64,000 nt of DNA, taken from IMG/VR virus record IMGVR_UViG_3300011008_000006. The stretch is one strand, 5' to 3'. The position numbers and the translations under genes were made by a program. This document shows positions 41,592-50,301 of this stretch, piece by piece (the first letter of the stretch is position 1; every line of letters begins with the position of its first letter). The notes below the pieces were generated by a model. That model ran no database searches, was not told the origin of the DNA, and saw only the letters and a list, made by a program, of their open reading frames with translations. Source of the DNA: a virus (lineage: Duplodnaviria; Heunggongvirae; Uroviricota; Caudoviricetes).

Positions 41592-43094
41592 TTATTTAAT
41601 GTTAGCGTATCTAGGCTCATTTAATTTTTCAAACATTAAAGCCATTCCGTCTTTACCAGAAAGAATAGTCTTTACCATATTCATGGAAAAACCGCTTACA
41701 TAGGAAAATTTATCTCCGATAGCAGGAATATTCTCGTGACGAGCATCAAGATTCCAGAAGATAATACGAGGTGTAGTGTATCCATGCGCTTTCCACTTTT
41801 TCATCTGCGCTTCAATTAGAGTATTGATATTATCTGTTGTGCTAAGTGGTTTGCGGATACGACGACCCCACATATCATAAGCCCATTCATTAGAAGTAAG
41901 AGTATGATTAAACTCCATATCACTGAAGATATATAGAGTCTTAGGCATATCTTCTGGTTTTACTTTTTTCTGAATGGCAGTATGAAGTAGCAAATCAAAT
42001 ACGGATTCAATATTAGTAGAATTATTCCAATTTGCATTTCTAGCGCGCCAGAATTTATCATAAATATCAATACCTTTAAACTCAACAAGTTCAGGATTAT
42101 CTGAGAAGGTGATGAAGTGATTATGGAATGGGCCCTTACCACGTTCAGCAATATAAGCGCCCATAGATACCGCAGCGTTTAATGGTTGACCGTACATACT
42201 ACCACTAACGTCAACAATAGCAATACCGGGCTCTTCGCGGCCAGCATAATAGTCTTCAAGATTATCCCAATACTTTTGCCAAGTAAGACGCTCAATTTCA
42301 GTTGTGCGCCAAGAATTAGAAAAAATTTGATTAGCAATATCAACAGGATTTAGTACCTTAGCATTTACTTTAGTAGTCTTATCAGACATAAATGCCTTGT
42401 ACTGTTCTTTGATAATATCTCTCTTCGCAAAAGCATTCTTATAAATTAGACCAGCGCGAGAAGGAATTTTATCAAATTTAATTTCATCCCAACGATTTTG
42501 AGACATTAAGGTTTCGACAATGTTGATGCGGTTGCGGAGTAGAGATAGCATCTTACGGTATGCACGAGGAGTTAGGTCAAGAGCTTCACGAGTTTTCTGG
42601 CCTAATCTGCGGCTTTCATAAGAAGAAGTATTTTCACTCTTACACCACTTTGCAAGCAAAGAAGGAGTGTTGCATTCAACGTCAAGAATTAACTGCTTGC
42701 AAATAAACTCAAACATTTCCTTTTCAACAGGAGTATCTACTAGGGAATATAGGTCATCCCAACGTCCCATTTCAGGGATAAATTTCATGTTGCGAATTAC
42801 TGCATCTTTATTTTCGCGCGCGAGCCATTTAATAACTATACGGAAGAAACGACGTTCGCCTGCGCCGCCGCGGCAGTCACGAAGATAGAATAAACACTTT
42901 AGCGCGTATTCTGGATTTTCTTCATATGCATTTTTAAACATTAGAATAACGTCATCGTCAGAACGATTACGCATAGAACCGCCCATACCAAACATATCTA
43001 ATAGCGCGGATTTAGTAGTCTTATGAGTGATAGCACCATTTTCGGTGTGAGTATAATTAAAATTGTCCTTTAACCCATTTAGTAATGTATTCAT
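41592..43094 (-). CDS. DUF2828-like / Ro60(TROVE)-like protein with C-terminal vWA domain
   Basis: YLRDCRGGAGERRFF, typical of DUF2828, plus MIDAS IVDVSGSM; 500 aa. Confidence 0.45.
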   Translation of the reverse strand: MNTLLNGLKDNFNYTHTENGAITHKTTKSALLDMFGMGGSMRNRSDDDVILMFKNAYEENPEYALKCLFYLRDCRGGAGERRFFRIVIKWLARENKDAVIRNMKFIPEMGRWDDLYSLVDTPVEKEMFEFICKQLILDVECNTPSLLAKWCKSENTSSYESRRLGQKTREALDLTPRAYRKMLSLLRNRINIVETLMSQNRWDEIKFDKIPSRAGLIYKNAFAKRDIIKEQYKAFMSDKTTKVNAKVLNPVDIANQIFSNSWRTTEIERLTWQKYWDNLEDYYAGREEPGIAIVDVSGSMYGQPLNAAVSMGAYIAERGKGPFHNHFITFSDNPELVEFKGIDIYDKFWRARNANWNNSTNIESVFDLLLHTAIQKKVKPEDMPKTLYIFSDMEFNHTLTSNEWAYDMWGRRIRKPLSTTDNINTLIEAQMKKWKAHGYTTPRIIFWNLDARHENIPAIGDKFSYVSGFSMNMVKTILSGKDGMALMFEKLNEPRYANIK

Positions 43095-43143
43095 ATCCTT
43101 TTATCTCTCCTTTTTATCTTAGTCTACTATCTAGACCGTAGGT

Positions 43144-43743
43144 TTATAGTGGGTAATTGTAAAGTTCTTTCATAGGAACTCCAAATTTTTGCATTTCATT
43201 CCATCTATTTCGAATATCGGTAATTGCTTCATCAATATGCACTGGTGTACAATTATGACTATCCATACCAACATGGTACATAAATGGATTATCTGGCTGA
43301 AGCCAATTTTTTTGTTGATGAGTGTGCCCGTGCATATTAATTACATGCTGTGAAAAATGTTTATCATCATAATTTGCAGTTAATGTTGGATAATGCGAAA
43401 GATAAATAGAATATTTTCCATATTTAAACATATGTGCATATCCAAGTGTAATAATATTTGGGCACTCTGTATGAATGAGCATTTGCCGCGATGGCGAATC
43501 ATGGTTGCCCCAAATGATATTAATTGTTCCATTAAGACTCTTTAGACATTCTAGACCAATTTTATTATTTGTAAGCATAATATCACCAAGATGAATTACT
43601 GTATCATCTGGCTTTACCACCTTATTCCATCTTTCAATGATAGCTTCATTCATTTCTTCTACACTTTGAAAACCACGTGGTTCCCATAGGAACATGGGCT
43701 GATGCGCGAAATGAGTGTCGCTGGTGAGAAAAATTTCGCCCAT
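43144..43743 (-). CDS. calcineurin-like metallophosphoesterase
   Basis: SDTHF, GDI, GNHD and GHTH motifs. Confidence 0.7.
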   Translation of the reverse strand: MGEIFLTSDTHFAHQPMFLWEPRGFQSVEEMNEAIIERWNKVVKPDDTVIHLGDIMLTNNKIGLECLKSLNGTINIIWGNHDSPSRQMLIHTECPNIITLGYAHMFKYGKYSIYLSHYPTLTANYDDKHFSQHVINMHGHTHQQKNWLQPDNPFMYHVGMDSHNCTPVHIDEAITDIRNRWNEMQKFGVPMKELYNYPL

Positions 43744-44225
43744 TAAACTTCTCCTTCAATAAACCACTTACCTATTTCGCGTGAATCTTCTTTATCTGGA
43801 ATAGTAAGTTTCGCGCGCATATCACGAATTACATCTTCTGGAACATTTGCATGCCCAACACGATTTTTATTATGTTCAATGCATACTTCCGCGGAGGCAA
43901 GAAATACAATATAAATAATATTATAATCTGTATAATATTTATCAATCGCATTTGTAAGTTTCTTACGGGCCGCAGTATTTAAATGAGTAGCATCAGCAAC
44001 TGCATTATAGTTATTTTTTAAAGCGGTAACAATTTCATTAATAAAATCATTATAAACTTCATTTTCAAAATCAAAATAATGCGCATTTGGATTTTTATCA
44101 AGATAACGGAATCGAATAGTGTCACGAGATACCCAAACAATATGTCCATTATTAGAAAAATTTGCCGCGAAAGTTGACTTGCCGCACCCGGGGGCACCAA
44201 TTAAAATATATAAAGTAGATTTCAT
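43743..44225 (-). CDS. P-loop polynucleotide-kinase-like kinase (Pnk kinase-domain-like)
   Basis: LIGAPGCGKST resembles T4 Pnk TIGCPGSGKST; start taken at MKSTLY. Confidence 0.5.
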   Translation of the reverse strand: MKSTLYILIGAPGCGKSTFAANFSNNGHIVWVSRDTIRFRYLDKNPNAHYFDFENEVYNDFINEIVTALKNNYNAVADATHLNTAARKKLTNAIDKYYTDYNIIYIVFLASAEVCIEHNKNRVGHANVPEDVIRDMRAKLTIPDKEDSREIGKWFIEGEV

Positions 44226-44226
44226 T

Positions 44227-44505
44227 TTATTCCTCTTCTTGATAATTAAGTTTATCAATTTGTTTTCTATCTCTCATGCTCCAATTGGTATTAGGAAGCC
44301 AAGAATTTTTAATATGTTTATTATTTGTTTTTTCAGCACATAGAGGACAAGAACAATGAATTTTATTTTTTGAATATTGATGTAAATTATCATACCAGTC
44401 ATGATGATAGGTACCCGTATCAAGCGCACGATCAAGATTTCGTTTACGAATTGCTTTTTTCCAATCATTATGGCGTTTTTCCGCGGTGTCTCTCATAATA
44501 ATCAC
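44227..44505 (-). CDS. hypothetical protein (Cys/His pairs)
   Basis: 92 aa ORF with CSCPLC. Confidence 0.3.
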   Translation of the reverse strand: MIIMRDTAEKRHNDWKKAIRKRNLDRALDTGTYHHDWYDNLHQYSKNKIHCSCPLCAEKTNNKHIKNSWLPNTNWSMRDRKQIDKLNYQEEE

Positions 44506-44884
44506 TCCAAATTATAATACTCAAAGTCTGGTTTGTTATATGGATAATTACTATGTACCCAAATGCATTTTTTAAATTTTATTTGTTCAGGGTCATCTTT
44601 ATTCCACCAATCAATATCATTATATGTAGCAATATAAGCATTTGGTGGAAGTTTCTTTAATTCTTCAATTAGTTGCTAAACTGTCATAAAATCATCCTTT
44701 ATTTTAAATGGCGACAGACGGAGGTGTCGATCCCCATACCATCCCTGGTACCACCCGCTTTCAAGGCGGAGCACAGCGCCGGCCATGTTCATCTGCCATA
44801 ATCCCGCTAGACACATCCTTTGGGGCAGGTTTCATCCGAAGACTTCAACCGCAATTCATAATAATAACTAGACCATATTTTAAG

Positions 44885-44950
44885 GTTGGGACTCGAACCC
44901 AAATATTTTGATTATCAATCAAATGCCTGATCCAATTCGGCTACCCTCGC
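44885..44950 (-). tRNA. tRNA-like (Ile-GAU-like anticodon arm, imperfect acceptor)
   Basis: T-arm TTGGG-TTCGAGT-CCCAA, anticodon stem TTTGA/TCAAA, loop TTGATAA. The 3' acceptor strand does not pair; likely a pseudogene or unusual. Confidence 0.3.
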
Positions 44951-45017
44951 TGAGAGCGAGACAACTTGCTGTAATGGCCTAAAGTGTTTTAGATGGTGTT
45001 ATCGCTTCACCAACTAG

Positions 45018-45089
45018 AGCCCTCGCGCGGACTCGGACCGCGAACGAAGGATTACAAATCCATCGTTTTACCAATTAAACTACAAGGGC
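45018..45089 (-). tRNA. tRNA-Thr (anticodon TGT)
   Basis: Acceptor GCCCTTG/CGAGGGC, D-arm GTTT/AAAC, loop TTTGTAA, T-arm CGCGG-TCCGAGT-CCGCG. Confidence 0.7.
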
Positions 45090-45164
45090 ATATCAAGACC
45101 CATTGCCATATCGTGTCAAATTTACTGTTTGATGATTAATAAAATTTGCTGTATGGGTCTTAAA

Positions 45165-45238
45165 TGGCAGCCGGAGAAAGAATTGAACTTTCACAAGCGG
45201 AGTCAAAGTCCGCTGCCCTTCCATTAGGCTATCCGGCT
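45165..45238 (-). tRNA. tRNA-Gln (anticodon TTG), CCA encoded
   Basis: Acceptor AGCCGGA/TCCGGCT, discriminator G73, loop CTTTGAC, T-arm GAAAG-TTCAATT-CTTTC. Confidence 0.8.
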
Positions 45239-45246
45239 ATATTAAG

Positions 45247-45321
45247 TGGGCCAGGGGAGAGTTGAACTCCCAAAACCTAGATTCTTAGTCTAGTACCTAT
45301 GCCAAATTCGGTTACTCGCCC
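45247..45321 (-). tRNA. type-I tRNA with anticodon AAG (identity unclear)
   Basis: Anticodon stem CTAGA/TCTAG with loop CTAAGAA; T-arm GGGAG-TTCAACT-CTCCC; acceptor GGGCGAG/CTGGCCC has one mismatch. Confidence 0.5.
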
Positions 45322-45323
45322 AT

Positions 45324-45416
45324 TGGCGGAGCCAGAAGGACTTGAACCTTCACACCCTTTAACAGATTACTCGCGCGTTAGCAGTGCGCTGCCTTACCAA
45401 TTAGGCTTATGGCTCC
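45324..45416 (-). tRNA. tRNA-Ser (anticodon GCT), type II, CCA encoded
   Basis: Acceptor GGAGCCA/TGGCTCC, G73, loop CTGCTAA, long variable arm, T-arm GAAGG-TTCAAGT-CCTTC. Confidence 0.75.
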
Positions 45417-45420
45417 GTAA

Positions 45421-45960
45421 AAGAAAAAGCCGATGAAAATGATGAAAGTGGGCGGTACATCATTTACTTCTTTATTCCGCTTTCTTGGCTATCGGCTTAG
45501 CCACTTTATATCAACTGATATTAATTCGGTTATCAGTTAAACCTGTGTGGTTTTCCACCTATTAGTGAGGCAATTCACCACCTAACCCCAATGCATTGTG
45601 AGCCTTTTATTAGTCCTCTCGTGATGCTGTTTTCACAGGTACTGCGGTTGCTCAGCCGCCAACACGTCCCATAGGCATTTAATTCGATCTCACCGCACAC
45701 GGAAGTTGCGTTAGGGCTAACCATCTCCACGGAAAGAATCCTATTTTTATATACCGTCGGGATTCAATTAGGGAACGGTTTCTTTTATATTTCGGCTGGC
45801 CAACTTACTTTATAAAAGATAACGGTGGCGCCGTATAACGACTTACCGTAAATTCGTACTACTTCTTAGTAGTAAAGCGCCCATTTCTGATACTCGTCAA
45901 GTTCCTTAGCTTGACGCACCTTAGACCAGGAGGAGGAAAACACTAGGTGAGAATTATACA
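45421..45960 (-). ncRNA. about 540 nt GC-richer non-coding leader transcribed from promoter 45993..46021, upstream of the tRNA-Ser / tRNA(AAG) / tRNA-Gln / tRNA-Thr run
   Basis: No ORF even when TAG is read as sense; GC about 45-50% against about 30% in genes; sits between a consensus promoter and four tRNAs. Confidence 0.4.
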
Positions 45961-45992
45961 TCGTCAACTACCCCTTTCTTCCTTACATATCT

Positions 45993-46021
45993 ATTATACC
46001 AAATTTTTTACAAAAAGTCAA
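45993..46021 (-). promoter_or_regulatory. consensus promoter driving the 540 nt leader plus four tRNAs
   Basis: attata 45993-45998; agtcaa 46016-46021. Confidence 0.6.
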
Positions 46022-46027
46022 ATATTT

Positions 46028-46311
46028 ATTCCATTATTTTTTAAAGCATTTTTCAAAAAATTTGTCGTGGTACAAGTAATTTGATCGCTATTTACTGTTT
46101 TAGGCTCGCAGATAACATCCCAATTAATCATTGGATTAGTCCACCAAGGAGCAGGTTCATATTCTACTGGTTTTGGATTTTCTATTATAATTTTATTACC
46201 TGTAACAGTAGTAGTATGATTACTACCTAAACAATTTATACATGATTTCTACCAGGGAGCCATTACAGCATTACATACTGGGCATTTCCATCCATATTCA
46301 ATTTTTCCCAT
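46028..46311 (-). CDS. zinc-ribbon protein (1 in-frame TAG)
   Basis: ATG 46309-46311 behind RBS AAGAGGTG; CPVC...(TAG)...CINC. Confidence 0.3.
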
Positions 46312-46333
46312 TATATACACCTCTTTAAAATAA

Positions 46334-46409
46334 TCGGGCACCTGGGACTCGAACCCAGATAAAACACGGCTTATAAGGCCGCCGCTACCACCAATTTAGC
46401 TAGTGCCCG
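46334..46409 (-). tRNA. tRNA-Ile (anticodon TAT)
   Basis: Acceptor CGGGCAC/GTGCCCG, D-arm GCTA/TAGC, anticodon stem GCGGC/GCCGT, loop CTTATAA, T-arm CTGGG-TTCGAGT-CCCAG. Confidence 0.6.
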
Positions 46410-46418
46410 AAGGGAGAG

Positions 46419-46607
46419 TTATTCCTCTCCAAGATATTTATCAATAGTAGTAGGGCTAAAACTTAAAGCAATTGCAAAACGACGAAAGTAACTTAAAAGC
46501 TCTCCAAAATCTAAATCTTCACTACAACGGAAAGTTAAATCAACGTCAGCATAATCTTCAGGGTAAAAACTAAAACTTATGGTTGCATTTTTATTCTCGT
46601 TTTCCAT
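46419..46607 (-). CDS. hypothetical protein
   Basis: 62 aa ORF behind a consensus promoter. Confidence 0.3.
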   Translation of the reverse strand: MENENKNATISFSFYPEDYADVDLTFRCSEDLDFGELLSYFRRFAIALSFSPTTIDKYLGEE

Positions 46608-46636
46608 TTTTAATTCTCCTTTCTCTTTGCATATTT

Positions 46637-46665
46637 ATTATATCATAAATTTATATTTATGTCAA
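46637..46665 (-). promoter_or_regulatory. consensus promoter for gene 46419..46607 and tRNA-Ile
   Basis: attata 46637-46642; tgtcaa 46660-46665. Confidence 0.6.
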
Positions 46666-46669
46666 ATAA

Positions 46670-47068
46670 TTATTTTCCTACTCTATGAGGAAATAAATTT
46701 TCTAAAATTTGTAAATATTCTCTATCTATATGATGTTGCATATCGGCAATTTCATCTTCAATTTGTAAACGTGATTTAAGAAAAGATTTATGTTCATTAG
46801 TAATTTTTCTTAATTGTTCACGAGCATCTTCTTCGCTTATTTTATCATTATAATAGCGCATAAGTTGTTTATCTTCACGTTCACCGCATAGAACACATAC
46901 ATAAGGTTCTATAATTTTAATTTCTACTCTACCATATGGACCACTTAAATATCTATTATATTCCATTTCAATATACCAATCAAAATCTTTCCATTTATGA
47001 TGACATTCATGTTTTATTTCTGGCGGCGGTTGAGCAACTTCTGGCTCTTTTTTCTTAAACCAAATCAT
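46670..47068 (-). CDS. hypothetical protein
   Basis: 132 aa ORF. Confidence 0.35.
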   Translation of the reverse strand: MIWFKKKEPEVAQPPPEIKHECHHKWKDFDWYIEMEYNRYLSGPYGRVEIKIIEPYVCVLCGEREDKQLMRYYNDKISEEDAREQLRKITNEHKSFLKSRLQIEDEIADMQHHIDREYLQILENLFPHRVGK

Positions 47069-47336
47069 TTTTTATTTCTCTCCAAGGTAAATCTCTTTCT
47101 TCGCGATTTGGAAATAATTCCCAACATCTTGCTTGGCCATTTTCAATATACCACCAAGCATCATTTGGATTTGTTTGATACCAAATAAAATTTTCTGCTG
47201 TAACAACTTCTGGCTCAAAAGTAGATACATCTACATCTTTCCATTGGATAAAACAGGTAGTTTCATTTTCATATGCTTTTTCAATAGCATCCATAAAACC
47301 CTGTTCTGTTATTATTGGTTGTTGTCTAATTGCCAT
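47055..47336 (-). CDS. hypothetical protein
   Basis: 93 aa ORF. Confidence 0.3.
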   Translation of the reverse strand: MAIRQQPIITEQGFMDAIEKAYENETTCFIQWKDVDVSTFEPEVVTAENFIWYQTNPNDAWWYIENGQARCWELFPNREERDLPWREIKNDLV

Positions 47337-47764
47337 TCTCGTATCTCCATATTATGTTTTTTAAACCATTTTTGTATAGGCCAACGTTCACTACATGGAC
47401 TATTATATTTTTCATAGACAATAAAAGCAAAATCTACATCTTCAAGATTTTCTCCGGTACAAATATCATCATGTAATTTTTGAAGTTGATATATAAAATG
47501 ATCAAAATCAATTTGTTCTAACTGATAATAATAAGTACGTAAAAATAGACAATTATGAGATTCGTTATATCTACAATCATCTGGTCCATTACATAAACCA
47601 CTACATTCCGCGCCAGGTTTTAATGGAGGGCAATCAATTACAAGAACTCCATTCTTATCTTTTCCCATAGGACGCCATCGTGGCGGCCATACAGTGGTAT
47701 TTAAACCGACAAGATTTTTTGGAAAATTTCTTACTTGTGCCCAATAGGAAGTATATAATTTCAT
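47312..47764 (-). CDS. conserved phage protein of unknown function
   Basis: 150 aa ORF; N-terminus MKLYTSYWA. Confidence 0.35.
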   Translation of the reverse strand: MKLYTSYWAQVRNFPKNLVGLNTTVWPPRWRPMGKDKNGVLVIDCPPLKPGAECSGLCNGPDDCRYNESHNCLFLRTYYYQLEQIDFDHFIYQLQKLHDDICTGENLEDVDFAFIVYEKYNSPCSERWPIQKWFKKHNMEIREWQLDNNQ

Positions 47765-47781
47765 ATTAAATATTCTCCTAT

Positions 47782-48135
47782 TTAATAAGCAAAATGATGA
47801 AAAATTTCTGGTTCTTCTGCTTCAAAGAAGCCTTCTCTTTCATCATCCCAAACAAAGTAAATTCTTTCTTGATTAGTAGCGGCAGGATACAAACCAGGCT
47901 CATGTTTTATGACAAACGCGGCATAGAAACAATGATCCTGAATATCACACCAATTTTCATGTAAGGCTTGAATAGCAGTTTCTTTTTCATAATAAAAGCC
48001 AACATCATTTATTTCACCAGTATCTGGCCAACCTGTAGGTGTTCCCACTGGCGTTAGATGTTCACAATTAGGTTTTTCAAATACGAAAATACGATAAATA
48101 GGTTGTCTTTCTTCCATAATAACCTCCTTATTCAA
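47782..48135 (-). CDS. hypothetical protein
   Basis: 117 aa ORF. Confidence 0.35.
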   Translation of the reverse strand: MNKEVIMEERQPIYRIFVFEKPNCEHLTPVGTPTGWPDTGEINDVGFYYEKETAIQALHENWCDIQDHCFYAAFVIKHEPGLYPAATNQERIYFVWDDEREGFFEAEEPEIFHHFAY

Positions 48136-48205
48136 GCCCTATGAAGGATTTGAACCTTCATAAAATGATTACGAAACATTTATGTTGCCATTACATTAAT
48201 AGGGC
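48135..48205 (-). tRNA. tRNA-Thr (anticodon CGT)
   Basis: Acceptor GCCCTAT/ATAGGGC, D-arm ATGT/ACAT, loop TTCGTAA, T-arm GAAGG-TTCAAAT-CCTTC. Confidence 0.6.
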
Positions 48206-48210
48206 AATCA

Positions 48211-48777
48211 TTATTTATTCTGATTTAATAATTGTTCTAATGTATATAAATGTAGAGTTAAATATTTATGACAGATAGGACACAATATTATCAAATTAGA
48301 TATATTGTTATTATTTCTATTTTCATCTATATGATGCACTTCTAATATTCTTTCATCTTTATCCCAACCACAAATTTTACATTTATGAGGATAATATAAG
48401 AAAGCATTTCTACGATATGCAAAACCATCAATAATATTTATCCTACTATGATTTTTATACCTATTACCACATTTTATTGAACAAAAATTTTGTTCTTTTA
48501 TTTTAGATTTTAAAATTTTAAATGTTTTACCACATTCCTAACAAGTAGTTTCTATATATTTACAATTAGGGCATCCTTTAAAATGATATTTTTTCTAAGA
48601 AGAAGGCATTAATGATAAAGGAGAATAAGACCATTGATAGTGACAAGTTTTACATTCTATTTCAACCGGTGTTTTTCTATTTATATATTGCCCAATTACT
48701 ATTACAGTATCATTGCTATATTCTTTTATTTTTTGTTCAAAAGTTTCTTGCGTCCATTTTTTAGGCATAATTTTCAC
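48211..48777 (-). CDS. HNH endonuclease with N-terminal zinc ribbons; 2 in-frame TAGs
   Basis: ORF 48595..48777 continues through two TAGs to ...ILEVHHIDENRNNNNISNLIILCPICHK (HNH); stop TAA at 48211-48213. Confidence 0.5.
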
Positions 48778-48851
48778 CTCTATTGAAAATTATGGCTGAG
48801 TGATAGAGGCACTCTTAAATCCCGTATAAGGAGCTACCTTTCCGTTCCCCA

Positions 48852-48924
48852 TGGTACAAGATGTCGGATTCGAACCGCTACTTCGCATCCCAAATGCGAC
48901 ATGTTACCATTACACCACATCCTG
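48852..48924 (-). tRNA. tRNA-Pro (anticodon TGG), weak T-stem, CCA encoded
   Basis: Anticodon stem TCGCA/TGCGA, loop TTTGGGA, D-arm GTGT/ACAT, acceptor CAGGATG/CATCTTG. The T-stem has only 3 clean pairs. Confidence 0.45.
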
Positions 48925-48948
48925 TAAGTATCTATTCTTTATATTTAT

Positions 48949-48977
48949 ATTATATCACAATTTTCTCCGAAAGTCAA
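48949..48977 (-). promoter_or_regulatory. consensus promoter upstream of tRNA-Pro
   Basis: attata 48949-48954; agtcaa 48972-48977. Confidence 0.6.
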
Positions 48978-49212
48978 TTGTTTTAATTTGTAAAAATTCA
49001 TAAATAGCATTTTTATCTACAGGGGGAAAATCACGATATTCATTATATAATTCTTCTTCGCCTTCCTGTTTACAAGTTGCTTCAAATACATCTTCCCACG
49101 CGGATGAGCCAATTTTTGGTTCGTCAACGGTTTTTAGATTTTGTAAAAATTGATAAAAGAAATGATTAGTAATTTTTTCTTTCCATTCATTGATTCTATC
49201 CACATTATACAT
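48955..49212 (-). CDS. hypothetical protein
   Basis: 85 aa ORF. Confidence 0.3.
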   Translation of the reverse strand: MYNVDRINEWKEKITNHFFYQFLQNLKTVDEPKIGSSAWEDVFEATCKQEGEEELYNEYRDFPPVDKNAIYEFLQIKTIDFRRKL

Positions 49213-49230
49213 AATAATTCCTCCTTATTA

Positions 49231-49302
49231 AGCGCCGAGTAGGAGTTGAACCTACTAACAAAGCATTTGCAGTGCTTCACCCGGCCGACGAGTATTCGGC
49301 GC
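49231..49302 (-). tRNA. tRNA-Cys (anticodon GCA)
   Basis: Acceptor GCGCCGA/TCGGCGC, loop CTGCAAA, T-arm GTAGG-TTCAACT-CCTAC. Confidence 0.8.
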
Positions 49303-49306
49303 GTAT

Positions 49307-49382
49307 TGGTGCCGAGGGGCGGAATTGAACCACCGGCACGGAGATTTTCAGTCTCCTGCTCTTCCTGCTGAGCTACCTCGGC
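49307..49382 (-). tRNA. tRNA-Phe (anticodon GAA), CCA encoded
   Basis: Acceptor GCCGAGG/CCTCGGC, D-arm GCTC/GAGC, anticodon stem GGAGA/TCTCC, loop CTGAAAA, T-arm GGTGG-TTCAATT-CCGCC. Confidence 0.85.
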
Positions 49383-49392
49383 GTAAATAAAA

Positions 49393-49465
49393 TTGGAAGG
49401 ACAGGAGTTGAACCTGCGTCTTCGGAGCCACAATCCGAGGTTTTACCGTTAAACTACCGACCACA
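49393..49465 (-). tRNA. tRNA-His-like (anticodon GTG), acceptor-stem mismatches
   Basis: Anticodon stem TCGGA/TCCGA, loop TTGTGGC, D-arm GTTT/AAAC, T-arm GCAGG-TTCAACT-CCTGT. Acceptor TGGTCGG/CCTTCCA has 2 central mismatches. Confidence 0.4.
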
Positions 49466-49471
49466 TATAAG

Positions 49472-49542
49472 CAGGAGTTGAGTGATTTGAACACCCACCA
49501 CTTGTTTTGGAGACAAGTAGACTACTATTATCCTAAACTCCT
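49472..49542 (-). tRNA. tRNA-Trp (anticodon CCA)
   Basis: Acceptor AGGAGTT/AACTCCT, anticodon stem CTTGT/ACAAG, loop CTCCAAA, T-arm GGGTG-TTCAAAT-CACTC. Confidence 0.8.
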
Positions 49543-49543
49543 A

Positions 49544-49695
49544 TGAGGGAAAGTGAGGAATCGAACCTCAACCAAGAAGCAATGCCCATACACCACATTC
49601 CCATAAATCCCACAATTTACCATTCCATATGCCCTTATGTTCTGGTAGTAGAGAATGGTGGGTTTCTACTCTACATTTCCCTCCTCAACGGGCGA
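49544..49695 (-). ncRNA. about 150 nt elongated tRNA-like RNA
   Basis: T-arm TGAGG-TTCGATT-CCTCA. Terminal 8 bp stem GAGGGAAA/TTTCCCTC. D-like stem GTAGAG/CTCTAC. About 90 nt GC-rich insert. The region carries only a spurious ORF (49543..49788). Confidence 0.3.
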
Positions 49696-49828
49696 GGTGT
49701 CCGGCGTACTCTTATGGTGGCCGCGCTTCACCTTTTGGGAGTTGCCGCTCCCGCACTACTTTCGGCAACAAGTAGACTGGCATTTTAAATAGAACAGGTT
49801 GTTCGCGTGTTGGTCATATATTTAATAA

Positions 49829-49901
49829 TGCACACAGACGGACTCGAACCGCCGACACCCACGGTGTAAACGTGGTGCTCTCCCAACTGAGCTATGCGTG
49901 C
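49829..49901 (-). tRNA. tRNA-Val (anticodon TAC)
   Basis: Acceptor GCACGCA/TGTGTGC, D-arm GCTC/GAGC, anticodon stem CCACG/CGTGG, loop TTTACAC, T-arm GGCGG-TTCGAGT-CCGTC. Confidence 0.85.
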
Positions 49902-49905
49902 ATAT

Positions 49906-49981
49906 TGGAGCCTACGGTCAGATTTGAACTGACTACCTCTTCTTTACCATAGAAGTGCTCTACCAATTGAGCTACGAAGGC
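49906..49981 (-). tRNA. tRNA-Thr (anticodon GGT), CCA encoded
   Basis: Acceptor GCCTTCG/CGTAGGC (1 mismatch), D-arm GCTC-AATTGGTA-GAGC, anticodon stem CTTCT/AGAAG, loop ATGGTAA, T-arm GTCAG-TTCAAAT-CTGAC. Confidence 0.7.
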
Positions 49982-50078
49982 ACGCGTCGCAACTTTTTTA
50001 GCTTTACATGTGAAGTTGCGGAACGCACATGGGTCGGTTTTGTGTTGATCAGACACTGCTGACGGGCGCCGCCGCCAC

Positions 50079-50153
50079 TGGTACCTCACCAGGGACTTGA
50101 ACCCTGACAACTTTGATTAAGAATCAAATGCACTACCATTATGCTAGTGAGGT
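50079..50153 (-). tRNA. tRNA-Lys (anticodon CTT), CCA encoded
   Basis: Acceptor ACCTCAC/GTGAGGT, anticodon stem TTTGA/TCAAA, loop TTCTTAA, T-arm CAGGG-TTCAAGT-CCCTG. Confidence 0.85.
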
Positions 50154-50157
50154 ATAT

Positions 50158-50231
50158 GGTGCGGGTATTGGGAGTCGGACCCAACGTGCTCACATTAAAA
50201 GTGTGATGCCATACCGCTTGGCTATACCCGC
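50158..50231 (-). tRNA. tRNA-Lys (anticodon TTT), CCA encoded
   Basis: Acceptor GCGGGTA/TACCCGC, D-arm GCCA/TGGC, anticodon stem TCACA/TGTGA, loop CTTTTAA, T-arm TTGGG-TCCGACT-CCCAA. Confidence 0.8.
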
Positions 50232-50301
50232 TAACGTACAAATTATATTTTACATCGACCTGTACCCGATGACTGGTCTTATAGGCAGAACCAGCGTGCC
50301 T

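Noticed and set aside
50158-50231. A second suppressor tRNA reading TAA (anticodon UUA) in what is actually tRNA-Lys.
   Set aside because: A first-pass fold was off by one nucleotide. With the perfect stem TCACA/TGTGA the loop is CTTTTAA, giving anticodon UUU (Lys). TAA is also clearly used as a stop.
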